Source of the DNA: Bartonella sp. HY328
Lineage (GTDB): Bacteria > Pseudomonadota > Alphaproteobacteria > Rhizobiales > Rhizobiaceae
DNA length: 64,000 nucleotides
Reading direction: 5' to 3'
Assembly (NCBI RefSeq): GCF_025449335.1
Contig: NZ_CP104883.1
Span: forward strand, 2,475,224 to 2,539,223
In this document: positions 1 to 9,261 of the stretch, in pieces
How the letters are laid out: each line of letters begins with the position of its first letter
Position numbering within the stretch: position 1 is the stretch's first letter
Notes under the pieces: generated by a model
Database searches by the model: none
What the model was told of the DNA's origin: nothing
The model's input: only the letters and a program-made list of their open reading frames with translations
Translations under genes and position numbers: made by a program

Positions 1-1
1 A

Positions 2-1291
2 GATCAGGTTCTTTATTCAGGTGTTGCCTCGATTACCGATTTGATGATCCGCAAGGGTCTTATCAATCTAGACTTTGCTGATGTGCGCTCTGTCATGCAT
101 GATATGGGCAAGGCAATGATGGGCACAGGTGAAGCATCAGGTGAAGGCCGCGCATTAAAAGCTGCTGAAGCTGCTATTGCTAATCCATTGCTTGATGAAA
201 CATCAATGCGCGGTGCACGTGGTCTACTTGTTTCTGTTTCAGGTGGTAGCGATCTCACCTTGTTTGAAGTTGATGAAGCTGTTAACCGCATTAAGGAAGA
301 AGTGGACGCTGACGCAAACATCATCTTCGGTGCCATTAATGACGAAGCGCTTGAAGGTATCATCCGCGTTTCTGTTGTAGCAACCGGTATTGACCGCGCT
401 GCACTTGAAGCTGGCTTGACAATTGAAAACTCCACTTCGGTACATGCTGTAAAAAAGCTTGAAGCGGCAGCTCCGGTCGTGACCCGACCTGTTCAGCCGC
501 AAACAGAATCTTTTCGTGAGGTCATCGAAGCTTTAGAAGAAGAAATGGCAGCACCTATGGAAGAGCCATTTCGCCCACAAAGCCAAATTTTTGCAAGCGC
601 ACAACCAGCTGCCCCAAACCGTGTGGTAGGTCAGCCTAATATTGCTAAGCAACCTGTACGCTCTGCCGCTCCGCTGCAGCCAATGGGACAAACAGCAGCA
701 ACGCCACCAAGCGTTGATACTGTTGCACCAACACGCAGTGCTGCGCCTGCAAGCCAAAACTTTAGCCAATCATTGGCTCCACAGCAAGGCAATATGCAGG
801 GTCAACAACGTAGCGCGGCACCACAGCAGCAGCGTATGCAAGGCCAACAGACTCAACAACAGCCAATGCAGCAGGCTTCATCGCGCATTCCTGAAATTGA
901 GGCATTTCCACCATCTTTGCGGATTAATGCAGACCAAAAAAGCAAAGGCAACAGCGAAGGTAATACACCTCGCAGCTTATGGCAGCGTTTAAAGCAGGGT
1001 TTTATTCATCGCGATGAGGAAGAGCCAAGTGCACGCTTAGAACCTGCGGTAAATATAGCCGCAAAGCAAAATGTACCACAGCGTTCTAGTGGCCAAAATG
1101 CTCAGCAAAATCAAATGGGCCAACGACCAAACATGGGTGACAATCGTCAAGTTCCTAATCAGGATCAGGCAATTTATACACCACGCCGCCCAAATGAAGC
1201 GCAGATGCGTCCACAACAACAACGTGCTGAAGCGCCAAGCGAAGATGAACAGTTGGAAATTCCTGCATTCCTGCGTCGTCAGGCTAACTAA
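2..1291 (+). CDS. ftsZ: Cell division protein FtsZ, C-terminal part (5' end lies outside the window). A long Gln/Pro-rich linker is followed by the conserved C-terminal peptide.
   Basis: The translation from nt 2 reads ...[26 protein letters not shown]..., then the FtsZ C-terminal domain, a low-complexity Q/P-rich linker, and the conserved tail [15 protein letters not shown]. The open frame runs to the window edge. Confidence 0.9.
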   Translation, partial: DQVLYSGVASITDLMIRKGLINLDFADVRSVMHDMGKAMMGTGEASGEGRALKAAEAAIANPLLDETSMRGARGLLVSVSGGSDLTLFEVDEAVNRIKEEVDADANIIFGAINDEALEGIIRVSVVATGIDRAALEAGLTIENSTSVHAVKKLEAAAPVVTRPVQPQTESFREVIEALEEEMAAPMEEPFRPQSQIFASAQPAAPNRVVGQPNIAKQPVRSAAPLQPMGQTAATPPSVDTVAPTRSAAPASQNFSQSLAPQQGNMQGQQRSAAPQQQRMQGQQTQQQPMQQASSRIPEIEAFPPSLRINADQKSKGNSEGNTPRSLWQRLKQGFIHRDEEEPSARLEPAVNIAAKQNVPQRSSGQNAQQNQMGQRPNMGDNRQVPNQDQAIYTPRRPNEAQMRPQQQRAEAPSEDEQLEIPAFLRRQAN

Positions 1292-1296
1292 TGGCA

Positions 1297-1335
1297 TATG
1301 TCGGCTTTTATAACTCTTTTGAAAGCCGACATATA
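1297..1335 (+). terminator. Perfect 13-bp stem-loop immediately after the ftsZ stop (atatgtcggcttt/aaagccgacatat).
   Basis: Inverted repeat read directly from the sequence. There is no strong T-run after it, so its terminator function is uncertain. Confidence 0.4.
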
Positions 1336-1462
1336 TCATAAAACGCATGCAACTGATCTTTTGATCCTTACGAGAAAATGCGGATTGATAACTCACATGC
1401 TTTTGTCTTTCGCAACAATGAGCGAATAAGAAAAGCAGCCAGCCCAAATTCCTTCTCATTAA

Positions 1463-1490
1463 CCCACTGATTTTTTCAGTGGGTTTTTTT
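1463..1490 (+). terminator. Rho-independent terminator (cccactg-loop-cagtggg followed by T8).
   Basis: A GC-rich 7-bp stem and a run of 8 T read directly from the sequence. Confidence 0.7.
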
Positions 1491-1570
1491 ATGCCTTTTA
1501 AAAAGGTAATATTTTATCTACTTAATGATATATTTTAAATATAAACGATCCACTAGATTTCAAGCTAAAT

Positions 1571-1605
1571 AAAAGCCCGTAAAGGATAGAACTATACGGG
1601 CTTCA
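1571..1605 (-). terminator. Terminator hairpin downstream of the RTX-like gene (aagcccgta...tacgggctt).
   Basis: Inverted repeat with a T-rich tract on the minus strand, 30 bp beyond the stop at 1637. Confidence 0.55.
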
Positions 1606-1636
1606 ATATAAATATATTCGATTTTAAAATATTCAA

Positions 1637-3280
1637 TTATACATATGACAACTGAACATTCTCTTGCACATAGACGGTTTCATTATACGAATTATGAAAT
1701 TCATTATAAACTAAACCTGTTTGGGCATCGGTGTACTTATCTGTGGCTTTAGTCCAAAGATTATCAAAAGCAACAGTGTCATTGGCATCACCATTGATAA
1801 ATAATTTATCATTATCATAGCCATTAAAATCCAATGATGAATGGATATTTAACTGGTTAGCGGTACCGCCAGTAAGATTGATTTTATTAATAGCAGTTTC
1901 GTCAGCTGAAGTGAAAATGCTATTTAATTCAAAAACACTACCCCATTTATCGAGATTAAGACTCATATCGATGTGAGAATCTGGATTTTGATCATTGTGA
2001 TTATTAATTAGATTTGTAAGCCATGAAATCTGATTCAAACTATATTTATGATTAATATTTACATCAATATTTTCAAGACTTGCCCAGCCAAAACTTGGAC
2101 TAGATACAAAATTACTTACCCAATTTTGATATCGACCTGCAAAATCCCAACTATAATCAGCTTTTAACGAAAGTGTATCGTAACCTTCACCACCATCAAG
2201 CACGAGGCTATCTGGGAAAATGTAACCATAAATTTCGATAAAATCATTTCCGGCGCCACCATAAATGTAGTTATTCGCGTTGGGGCCTGAGGTTAAGTTA
2301 CCATTGATTGATAAGCGATCATCACCATCACCAAGATCAATAATGTTATCCGCATATTGTGCATTCATAAAACCAACACGAACAGTATCATTGCCAGCGC
2401 CAGTATTAATCATATTGGTGCCTTTATCGGCATTAATTCCCCAGTTAATATTTATAACGTCGTTGCCATCACCAGTTTGAATAAGGTTTTTTGAGAAGCT
2501 AACAAGGTCACGATCAATATTAATTGTCGTTGTACCTTCAGTTACGATGGAATTATAACCACTATAATGTGACCACATATTACCAATATGGATGTTATGG
2601 ACACCTTCACCAAGTTCAATACTATTTTCAGAATCACTCCACATGGCATTTTTGATCCAAATGTTCGTGTCGCCTGATACTGTACTTAGTCTATTGGTGG
2701 TGCTATAATAAGCAATATAGTTACTGCCAATGACAATGTCATGCTTACCAATGCCCAAATCGATTGTATTAACGCCATACCAATCACGGGCAAAAATGTC
2801 GTTTTGGAAATTTAAGTATTTGTCACCATTGCCTAAAGAAATGCTATTTGTACCATATTTGAATGCATGCATTGCCCAAATATTTAAATAATCTGTACCC
2901 GCACCTGTTGTTATGGTGTTCAAGCCGGAATCAGCGGATCGAACATATCCCAGATTTAAAGTGCGTTTATCACTGCTTACGCCGTCAAACACGATTTCAT
3001 TTTTACTATACGACCCAGCACAGGAATCAACCCCACCCATAATGCTGAGTACCTTATTGCCATTACCACCCTTAATGGTGTTTTGGCCGTATCCCCACAT
3101 GCTTTGACCGATCCATACGGTATCATTACCGTGACCAAGTTCAATCGTGTTCTGTGAGCGCCAACCGGCTTTAACCTCACCTTTAATATTTACATAATCA
3201 TCGTTATTAGTGCCAAATATATAATTTGAACCTGAATTAACCACCATTGATGGTTTTGTTATACTTACGCCTCTTGCCAT
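1637..3280 (-). CDS. RTX-type (hemolysin-type calcium-binding) repeat protein, probably secreted.
   Basis: Multiple nonapeptide GGxGxDxUx-like repeats (GGAGNDFIE, GAGNDTVRV, GDGDDRLSI, GDGNDVINI, GAGTDYLNI, GNGDKYLNF). AT-rich codon usage. No N-terminal signal peptide, which is consistent with T1SS-type C-terminal secretion. Confidence 0.7.
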   Translation of the reverse strand: MARGVSITKPSMVVNSGSNYIFGTNNDDYVNIKGEVKAGWRSQNTIELGHGNDTVWIGQSMWGYGQNTIKGGNGNKVLSIMGGVDSCAGSYSKNEIVFDGVSSDKRTLNLGYVRSADSGLNTITTGAGTDYLNIWAMHAFKYGTNSISLGNGDKYLNFQNDIFARDWYGVNTIDLGIGKHDIVIGSNYIAYYSTTNRLSTVSGDTNIWIKNAMWSDSENSIELGEGVHNIHIGNMWSHYSGYNSIVTEGTTTINIDRDLVSFSKNLIQTGDGNDVININWGINADKGTNMINTGAGNDTVRVGFMNAQYADNIIDLGDGDDRLSINGNLTSGPNANNYIYGGAGNDFIEIYGYIFPDSLVLDGGEGYDTLSLKADYSWDFAGRYQNWVSNFVSSPSFGWASLENIDVNINHKYSLNQISWLTNLINNHNDQNPDSHIDMSLNLDKWGSVFELNSIFTSADETAINKINLTGGTANQLNIHSSLDFNGYDNDKLFINGDANDTVAFDNLWTKATDKYTDAQTGLVYNEFHNSYNETVYVQENVQLSYV

Positions 3281-3706
3281 TATAACACCCCTAAAGATTA
3301 AAACTTAAATCAAATATAACTAGACAAATGACACTTATATTAAATAAATTTACAAATTCAATAAATTTTTTTTAAAAATTAACAATTATTACTTTATTTA
3401 CATTACATTAAATTTTAATAATGTTATATATTAAGTATTATTTTATAATAATAAATGCAAATATATTTATTTAAAACTACTAACACTATCATTTTTATAA
3501 TAAACTCTCATTAAATTAACACAAAAAATTATTTCTCAAAAAAGTGCTTTTAATGCAAAATTAATGCGAATAATTCTAAAAAATCGCACCGCTTGTCTCT
3601 TACCCAAAAGCAGAAATTACCCGATACTAAGGAAAATATCGAAATACTGATTTTTTACCAGATAAGTTCACCAAACTTATCCAACCCAAAGAAATAGGCT
3701 ACATGT

Positions 3707-4783
3707 GTGGGGTTTATGATGAGCATTGACGCGCAAAAACTTGCAACCTTCCCAGCTTTTTTTAAAGTTGCAGGGCAAAAAATTGTCATTATCGGTAATG
3801 GCGCTGAAGCTTATGCTAAACTGCGCCTCATGCGTGAAACTTCAGCTGCATTGCTATTGATTGCTGATGCACCCGAAGATGATCTTTTAGATTTTATCAA
3901 GCAATATAGCCTTGAAGATAATAATTTCGTTTGGCTTGCTGAAAAATTTGCTCCTGAGCATCTGCATGGCGCAGTGCTAATTTTTGCCGCCAATGGTGAT
4001 GTGGGTCAAGATAGAATTATTGCAGATCATGCGCGCCAGTTAAAAATTGCCGTCAATGTGGTAGATCGCCCAGATATGTGCGATTTTTTCACCCCTGCCC
4101 TTGTCAATCGTGCACCAATATCGGTGGCTATTGGTTCAGAAGGCGCAAGCCCAGTGCTTGCACAAATGATCCGAGCCCAGATAGACGCTTTATTAAATCC
4201 GCAAATTGGTAAGGTAGCGGCCCTTGCAGCAAAACTTAGGACACTTGTTGATAATTCCATTGCCAAAGGTTTGACACGGCGTAATTTTTGGTTTCGTTTT
4301 TTTAATGGAAAAATTGTTGAGGAATTGGAACGCAATAATCCAGCAGCTGCCGAACGCGAGGCATTTGATCTTATCCACGCCTTCAAAGCAAATAAAGGGC
4401 GTTTATATTTATTAAATGCACAAGATCTTGACGCTGACCAAATCACGTTGCACAGCCAACGTGTATTATTAATGGCCGATGGTATCGTTTATGATCATAG
4501 CATTGATAAGGATCTATTGACCATTGGCCGGCGCGATGCACAGCGGTTTGTCGCGCCCAAAAATACCCTTGACCAATTAGAGAGCACAAAGCTTCTTATC
4601 AGCTTAATTGAAAGCGGCAAGCAAATTGTGCGCCTTTATGGTGATAGAGCACAAATGCTCAGGGATATAGCTTTGATGGAAAATAACCAGCAAGATTTTG
4701 CTGTTTTACCATCGCTTTCGGATGCGGCATTTCAACATAATTACGCAAATATTAGCAACCAATATGCACCAAAAGCTGCATAA
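3707..4783 (+). CDS. Siroheme synthase-like protein. The CysG N-terminal precorrin-2 dehydrogenase / sirohydrochlorin ferrochelatase domain is intact. The C-terminal SUMT-like domain is degenerate and truncated.
   Basis: The N-terminus contains the Rossmann motif IVIIGNGAEA and the VVDRPDMCDFFTPALVNRAPISVAIGSEGASP region typical of the CysG/Met8 N-domain. The C-terminal ~150 aa aligns to the SUMT domain, but GAGPGD is replaced by NAQDLD and the domain ends early. The start is ambiguous: GTG at 3707, or ATG at 3716 or 3719. Confidence 0.7.
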   Translation: MGFMMSIDAQKLATFPAFFKVAGQKIVIIGNGAEAYAKLRLMRETSAALLLIADAPEDDLLDFIKQYSLEDNNFVWLAEKFAPEHLHGAVLIFAANGDVGQDRIIADHARQLKIAVNVVDRPDMCDFFTPALVNRAPISVAIGSEGASPVLAQMIRAQIDALLNPQIGKVAALAAKLRTLVDNSIAKGLTRRNFWFRFFNGKIVEELERNNPAAAEREAFDLIHAFKANKGRLYLLNAQDLDADQITLHSQRVLLMADGIVYDHSIDKDLLTIGRRDAQRFVAPKNTLDQLESTKLLISLIESGKQIVRLYGDRAQMLRDIALMENNQQDFAVLPSLSDAAFQHNYANISNQYAPKAA

Positions 4784-4825
4784 CAAGCGCGATATAGGCA
4801 TTATTGTTTTAAAGGGTGGAGTAAA

Positions 4826-5119
4826 ATGGCAGCAAAAATTTTAACAGCCAATAAATTAGGTGATGGGCGTGTTGTCTGGTACAGCAAAAATGGGCAATGG
4901 AGCGAGGACGCAAATAATGCTTTGCTAGCTGTTACACCCGAAGAGACAAGCATTTTAGAAGATGCGCAAAAATTGGGGCTTGCCACTAACATCGTTATTG
5001 ATGCCAATTTGATCGATGTCGATGAAAAGGATGCCCACCTGCGCCCAATCCGCCTGCGTGAGCGTATTAGGCAAAATGGTCCAACTATTGCTTATGGCGC
5101 AGCGCCGCTTAATCCATAA
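4826..5119 (+). CDS. DUF2849 family protein (small protein associated with sulfite reductase).
   Basis: 97 aa, conserved position between cysG and cysI in alphaproteobacterial cys clusters, with sequence resembling that family. Confidence 0.55.
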   Translation: MAAKILTANKLGDGRVVWYSKNGQWSEDANNALLAVTPEETSILEDAQKLGLATNIVIDANLIDVDEKDAHLRPIRLRERIRQNGPTIAYGAAPLNP

Positions 5120-5197
5120 GCTTTTTAATTCTGCCTTAAAATTCAAGTTTTACCGCAATTTAAATATCAAATCCTAAATTGCAAAGAGGATAAACCC

Positions 5198-6868
5198 ATG
5201 TATCGTTATGATGAATTTGACCGCGCTTTTGTCAAAACTCGTGTTAGCGAATTTTCAGATCAGGTGCAGCGCCGCTTAAGCGGCGAAATCACCGAAGAGC
5301 AATTTAGGCCTTTGCGGTTGATGAATGGTGTTTACTTGCAATTGCATGCCTATATGCTGCGTGTTGCTATTCCCTATGGAACATTGTCACCCCGCCAATT
5401 GCGCAAATTAGCATCGATTGCGCGCCGCTTTGATAAAGGCTATGGTCATTTTACCACAAGACAAAACATCCAATTCAATTGGCCCAAACTATCAGATATT
5501 CCGCTTATTCTTGCGGAATTAGCCGAAGTCGAAATGCATGCTATTCAAACATCAGGCAATTGCATTAGAAATGTGACATCAGATCACTTTGCTGGTGCAG
5601 CTGGTGATGAAGTTGCCGATCCCCGCCCTTATGCAGAAATTTTGCGGCAATGGTCGTCCTTGCACCCAGAATTTAGCTATTTGCCGCGTAAATTTAAGTT
5701 TGCTGTCGTTGGCGCACAAATTGACCGCGCAGCTATTCAGGTCCATGATATCGGCCTTTGGCTTAAACGCAATGACAAGGGGCAACTTGGTTTTGCCTTT
5801 TATGTGGGTGGCGGCCAAGGCCGCACGCCAATGGTTGCCAAACTTATTAAGGATTTTGTACCTGAAGAAGATTTGCTAACCTATGCGACAGCGGCAATTC
5901 GTGTTTATAATTTACATGGGCGACGCGATAATAAATATAAAGCCCGCATAAAAATCCTTGTTCATGAAATGGGCGTTGAACAATATGCCACCGAAGTGGA
6001 AGCAGAATTTGAGCAAATTAAAAATAGTGAATTGAAGTTGCCGCAAAGCGATATTGACGCGATTAACAGCTATTTTGCTGCACCAGATCTTGCGCCGCGT
6101 CCAGAGGGACGTAATTTACTTAAAAAAATGCGCCAATTGGATAATGCTTTTGATATTTGGGTAAAAAACAACGTCACCGCCCATAAAAATGAAGATTATG
6201 GTATTGTTAGCATTTCCTTAAAGCCCGTTGGCGGTATACCCGGCGATGCCACTGCCGAAGATATGGAATTGGTTGCCGATCTTGCTGAGCTTTATTCTGA
6301 CAAGGAATTGCGCGTTACCTATCGGCAAAACTTGGTGTTACCCCATGTCGCATTAGCAGATTTGCGTGCCGTATATGATGCACTTCACCGCCGCAATCTT
6401 GCCAATGCCAATATTGGCCTTGTAACCGATATGATTGCTTGCCCGGGCCTTGATTATTGCGCACTTGCCAATGCTCGTTCCATACCTGTTGCCCAAGCTA
6501 TTTCCACGCGCCTTGGTGATAATGCGCGCCAACAAAATATTGGCGAATTAAACCTAAATATTTCGGGTTGCATCAATGCATGCGGCCATCACCATATTGG
6601 GCATATTGGCATTTTAGGTGTTGAGAAAAAGGGCGAGGAACTCTACCAGCTCACTCTTGGCGGTTGCGATGGCAACCATACATCGCTTGGCGATATAACT
6701 GGCCGTGGCTTTGAGCCTGACCGAATTGTCGATGCTGTTGAGACGGTGGTTAATACCTATCTTGATTTGCGCGAAAACAAGGATGAACGTTTTATCGACA
6801 CCTATCGCCGTCTTGGCATGGAGCCGTTTAAACAAGCGCTTTATCCACCAGTTGAAAAGGCGGCTTAA
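5198..6868 (+). CDS. cysI: Sulfite reductase hemoprotein (nitrite/sulfite reductase family, siroheme-[4Fe-4S]).
   Basis: 556 aa carrying the NiR/SiR cysteine clusters ACPGLDYCALA and SGCINACGHHH. Confidence 0.85.
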   Translation: MYRYDEFDRAFVKTRVSEFSDQVQRRLSGEITEEQFRPLRLMNGVYLQLHAYMLRVAIPYGTLSPRQLRKLASIARRFDKGYGHFTTRQNIQFNWPKLSDIPLILAELAEVEMHAIQTSGNCIRNVTSDHFAGAAGDEVADPRPYAEILRQWSSLHPEFSYLPRKFKFAVVGAQIDRAAIQVHDIGLWLKRNDKGQLGFAFYVGGGQGRTPMVAKLIKDFVPEEDLLTYATAAIRVYNLHGRRDNKYKARIKILVHEMGVEQYATEVEAEFEQIKNSELKLPQSDIDAINSYFAAPDLAPRPEGRNLLKKMRQLDNAFDIWVKNNVTAHKNEDYGIVSISLKPVGGIPGDATAEDMELVADLAELYSDKELRVTYRQNLVLPHVALADLRAVYDALHRRNLANANIGLVTDMIACPGLDYCALANARSIPVAQAISTRLGDNARQQNIGELNLNISGCINACGHHHIGHIGILGVEKKGEELYQLTLGGCDGNHTSLGDITGRGFEPDRIVDAVETVVNTYLDLRENKDERFIDTYRRLGMEPFKQALYPPVEKAA

Positions 6869-6869
6869 C

Positions 6870-7403
6870 ATGGCGCAAGATAATGTTAAATTATGGGATC
6901 GTGCCGGCTTTCGTGAAGATCCCTTTATACGTGCTGAAACGCTAGACGAAGCTGGTAACCACCGCGCAATTTTGCCCTTTGCCTATTGGCTGCAATTTAG
7001 AGAAGAAAATGGTGATGCAAGTGCATTGAAAGGAACGGGTGTTTTTGTTGCAGCTAGCGATGATATTGATGCACTAACACCATTTTTTGAAGAAATTGCA
7101 GTAATTGCTCTTGATTTGCCAGCCTACACAGATGGGCGCGCTTATTCTAAGGCAGCACGCTTAAAAAATCGCGGTTTTAAAGGCGAGATAAGAGCCGTCG
7201 GCGATGTACTTATTGACCAAGTATCCAATCTCTTACGCTCCGGCTTTGATAGCCTTGAAGTTACCCATGCTTTAACAAAAGAGCGGTTGGAAAAAGATGA
7301 GCTGATCAAATATCCTGGTTTTTACCAACCCTCAAGCGGCGTTGAGCGATTAGAAACGCAAACCTTAAGGGCAGGAACACGCCGTCTTTGGCGCAACATT
7401 TAA
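6870..7403 (+). CDS. DUF934 family protein (partner of sulfite reductase).
   Basis: ATG 1 nt after the cysI stop, in the same frame as the long ORF. Conserved position downstream of cysI in alphaproteobacteria. Confidence 0.55.
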   Translation: MAQDNVKLWDRAGFREDPFIRAETLDEAGNHRAILPFAYWLQFREENGDASALKGTGVFVAASDDIDALTPFFEEIAVIALDLPAYTDGRAYSKAARLKNRGFKGEIRAVGDVLIDQVSNLLRSGFDSLEVTHALTKERLEKDELIKYPGFYQPSSGVERLETQTLRAGTRRLWRNI

Positions 7404-7445
7404 AACAGTTTTTTTTAAAAATTTAACATCTCAACGACATTATTT

Positions 7446-7490
7446 AACAGCTTGTGCATTTGAAAACTTCAATGAACAAGCTGTTTTTTG
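7446..7490 (+). terminator. Rho-independent terminator after the cysI-DUF934 operon (aacagcttgt...acaagctgtt followed by T6).
   Basis: 10-bp perfect stem and T-run read directly from the sequence. Confidence 0.65.
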
Positions 7491-7574
7491 CTGTATGGAA
7501 ATAATAAATTTTGCTTGGCTTAACTTTGGCAATATGATCTCCCTTTAGCTGACGAATTATAGAGAGTTTAGAAA

Positions 7575-8090
7575 ATGGTAAACCCAACGACTATAGAAAT
7601 AAGAGCCGAAAGCCTAGGCGATAGCGATCATATTCGCCAAGTAACACAAGCCGCCTTTAAAAATAATGAGCATAGCAACGGCACCGAAGGCGCAATTATT
7701 GATGCGTTACGCGACGCAAACCAACTTATACTTTCCCTTGTTGCATTAAGTGGTGATCAAATAGTCGGGCATATTGCATTTTCACCCATAAGAATTAATG
7801 GTCATGATTTAGGCTGGTATGGACTTGGTCCAGTAGCAGTAGAACCATCAAGACATCGGCAAGGCATAGGCACAGCCCTAATAAATGAAGGGCTGGCCCA
7901 GCTTAAAGCATTGGGCGGCAAGGGATGCGTAGTTGCAGGTGATCCACAATACTATCAACGTTTTGGCTTTCAACCATGTAAGACTTTAAGCTATGAAGGA
8001 TTGCCTGCAGAATATTTTATGCAATTAACGCTTAGTGGTGATACACCTACAGGTCGCGTTGACTATCACGATAGCTTTAACGCTTCTTAA
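7575..8090 (+). CDS. GNAT family N-acetyltransferase.
   Basis: 171 aa with the acetyl-CoA binding motif RHRQGIGTALI. Confidence 0.7.
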   Translation: MVNPTTIEIRAESLGDSDHIRQVTQAAFKNNEHSNGTEGAIIDALRDANQLILSLVALSGDQIVGHIAFSPIRINGHDLGWYGLGPVAVEPSRHRQGIGTALINEGLAQLKALGGKGCVVAGDPQYYQRFGFQPCKTLSYEGLPAEYFMQLTLSGDTPTGRVDYHDSFNAS

Positions 8091-8118
8091 AATACTGCAA
8101 TTAATATAACCCTTAAAC

Positions 8119-8150
8119 TATGCAGAAAACCGATATGGATTTTCTGCATA
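8119..8150. terminator. Bidirectional terminator hairpin between the convergent GNAT and CDF genes (tatgcagaaaa...ttttctgcata).
   Basis: 11-bp inverted repeat flanked by A/T runs. Confidence 0.5.
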
Positions 8151-8161
8151 ATAGACAAAAA

Positions 8162-9160
8162 TTATACCGCCCAATCTTCAAGACCTGTGAAACTTACAGT
8201 TAACCAGCGGTCAGGACCAGCCTCGCCAATCGCCTCGCTAATTTCTTCACGGATTGTATCAAGTTTGGCAATTGTATCAATTTGCCAATCTTGTGGCACA
8301 ATAATATGGATTTCAATCATCATTGAACGACCAACCTTGGCAACATAGGTTTGGGCACTAACAAAATTATGGCGTAAAACAATTTCATCAACACTATTTG
8401 TAATATGAGCATCAAGGCTGCGCGGTGTAATTAAGAAAACTTCCTTTAAAGCTTTGAGAACCACGCGCAACGGCATTGGCGCCATTGCCAAACAAATAAG
8501 CGCAAGGATCACAGGATCAATATAAGGAATAAGCCAAATATAGCTTGTTTCTTTAATGGCAAAGGCAAACAAAAAAGCAATTAAGATTGCAAGGCTTAAG
8601 CAGCCAGAAATAATCCAACCTTTAATATCCATTGCGATAAATTCTGACTGTATTTCTTTGTTGCGTTGCGCTTCATAAAAAGCAAGGCCAAAACAAACAA
8701 TCACCGCAATTAAAGCATAAAGAATTGCATAATCAAAAGATGGCACCTGCCCACCATTCCAAATGGAATTAATAGCTTCAAACAAGCCATACAATACCGC
8801 AATTGACAAAGATATACCGTTAATCGCCAACACCATAGGCTCTAAATGCCAAAAACCAAATTGAAAACGCTCCGCTAATTGGCGACTGCGCTTACTAAGG
8901 CGTAAACTATCTAAATGGATTAAGCGTACCACAAGCAAAGCAGCTAGGCTAAAAAAACAATCAACACTTGAATAGACGCCATCAAAAATAATAGATGAGG
9001 AATTGGTAATAATTCCCATAATAACGCCAAAAAGTGCCACCCCTAATGTGACAAAAACTGAAAGTTTAAGAAGTTTTTGCTCAGCTAGTTGATTTAAGGA
9101 GGATTGCTCTAAAGGGTCTATACTATCGTTTTGCGGCACGAATGGCTCGTTAGTTGACAT
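8162..9160 (-). CDS. Cation diffusion facilitator (CDF) family metal efflux transporter.
   Basis: Six predicted TM helices followed by a cytoplasmic C-terminal domain. The sequence resembles CDF transporters (FieF/CzcD type). Confidence 0.7.
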   Translation of the reverse strand: MSTNEPFVPQNDSIDPLEQSSLNQLAEQKLLKLSVFVTLGVALFGVIMGIITNSSSIIFDGVYSSVDCFFSLAALLVVRLIHLDSLRLSKRSRQLAERFQFGFWHLEPMVLAINGISLSIAVLYGLFEAINSIWNGGQVPSFDYAILYALIAVIVCFGLAFYEAQRNKEIQSEFIAMDIKGWIISGCLSLAILIAFLFAFAIKETSYIWLIPYIDPVILALICLAMAPMPLRVVLKALKEVFLITPRSLDAHITNSVDEIVLRHNFVSAQTYVAKVGRSMMIEIHIIVPQDWQIDTIAKLDTIREEISEAIGEAGPDRWLTVSFTGLEDWAV

Positions 9161-9261
9161 TTTAACTTTTCACCTAGGATTGAGAATAGATAAGTTAACA
9201 ATTCTAACGAATTTTTGCAAAACTGTGAAGTCATAGCCAAAACGACGACGAAAGCAGATGA

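Noticed and set aside
540-1200. Gln/Pro-rich repetitive stretch in ftsZ considered as a foreign insertion or tandem repeat array.
   Set aside because: A long disordered Q/P-rich linker between the FtsZ core and the conserved C-terminal peptide is a known feature of FtsZ in Hyphomicrobiales. It is in frame, and the conserved tail is present.
13-1459. Several ORFs on both strands overlapping ftsZ (13..435 -, 177..380 +, 239..502 -, 533..769 -, 642..992 +, 1037..1459 -, 1071..1313 +).
   Set aside because: They lie inside or antisense to the well-supported ftsZ reading frame. Their translations are low-complexity (Ser/Ala- or Cys/Trp-rich) with no family resemblance. They are typical artefacts of a GC-skewed Q/P-rich coding region.
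8206-8215. ggtcaggacc inside the CDF transporter gene, matching the core of the MITE terminal repeat.
   Set aside because: Only 10 nt match. The flanking bases do not match the 23-bp repeat, and the site lies within a coding sequence. A chance match.
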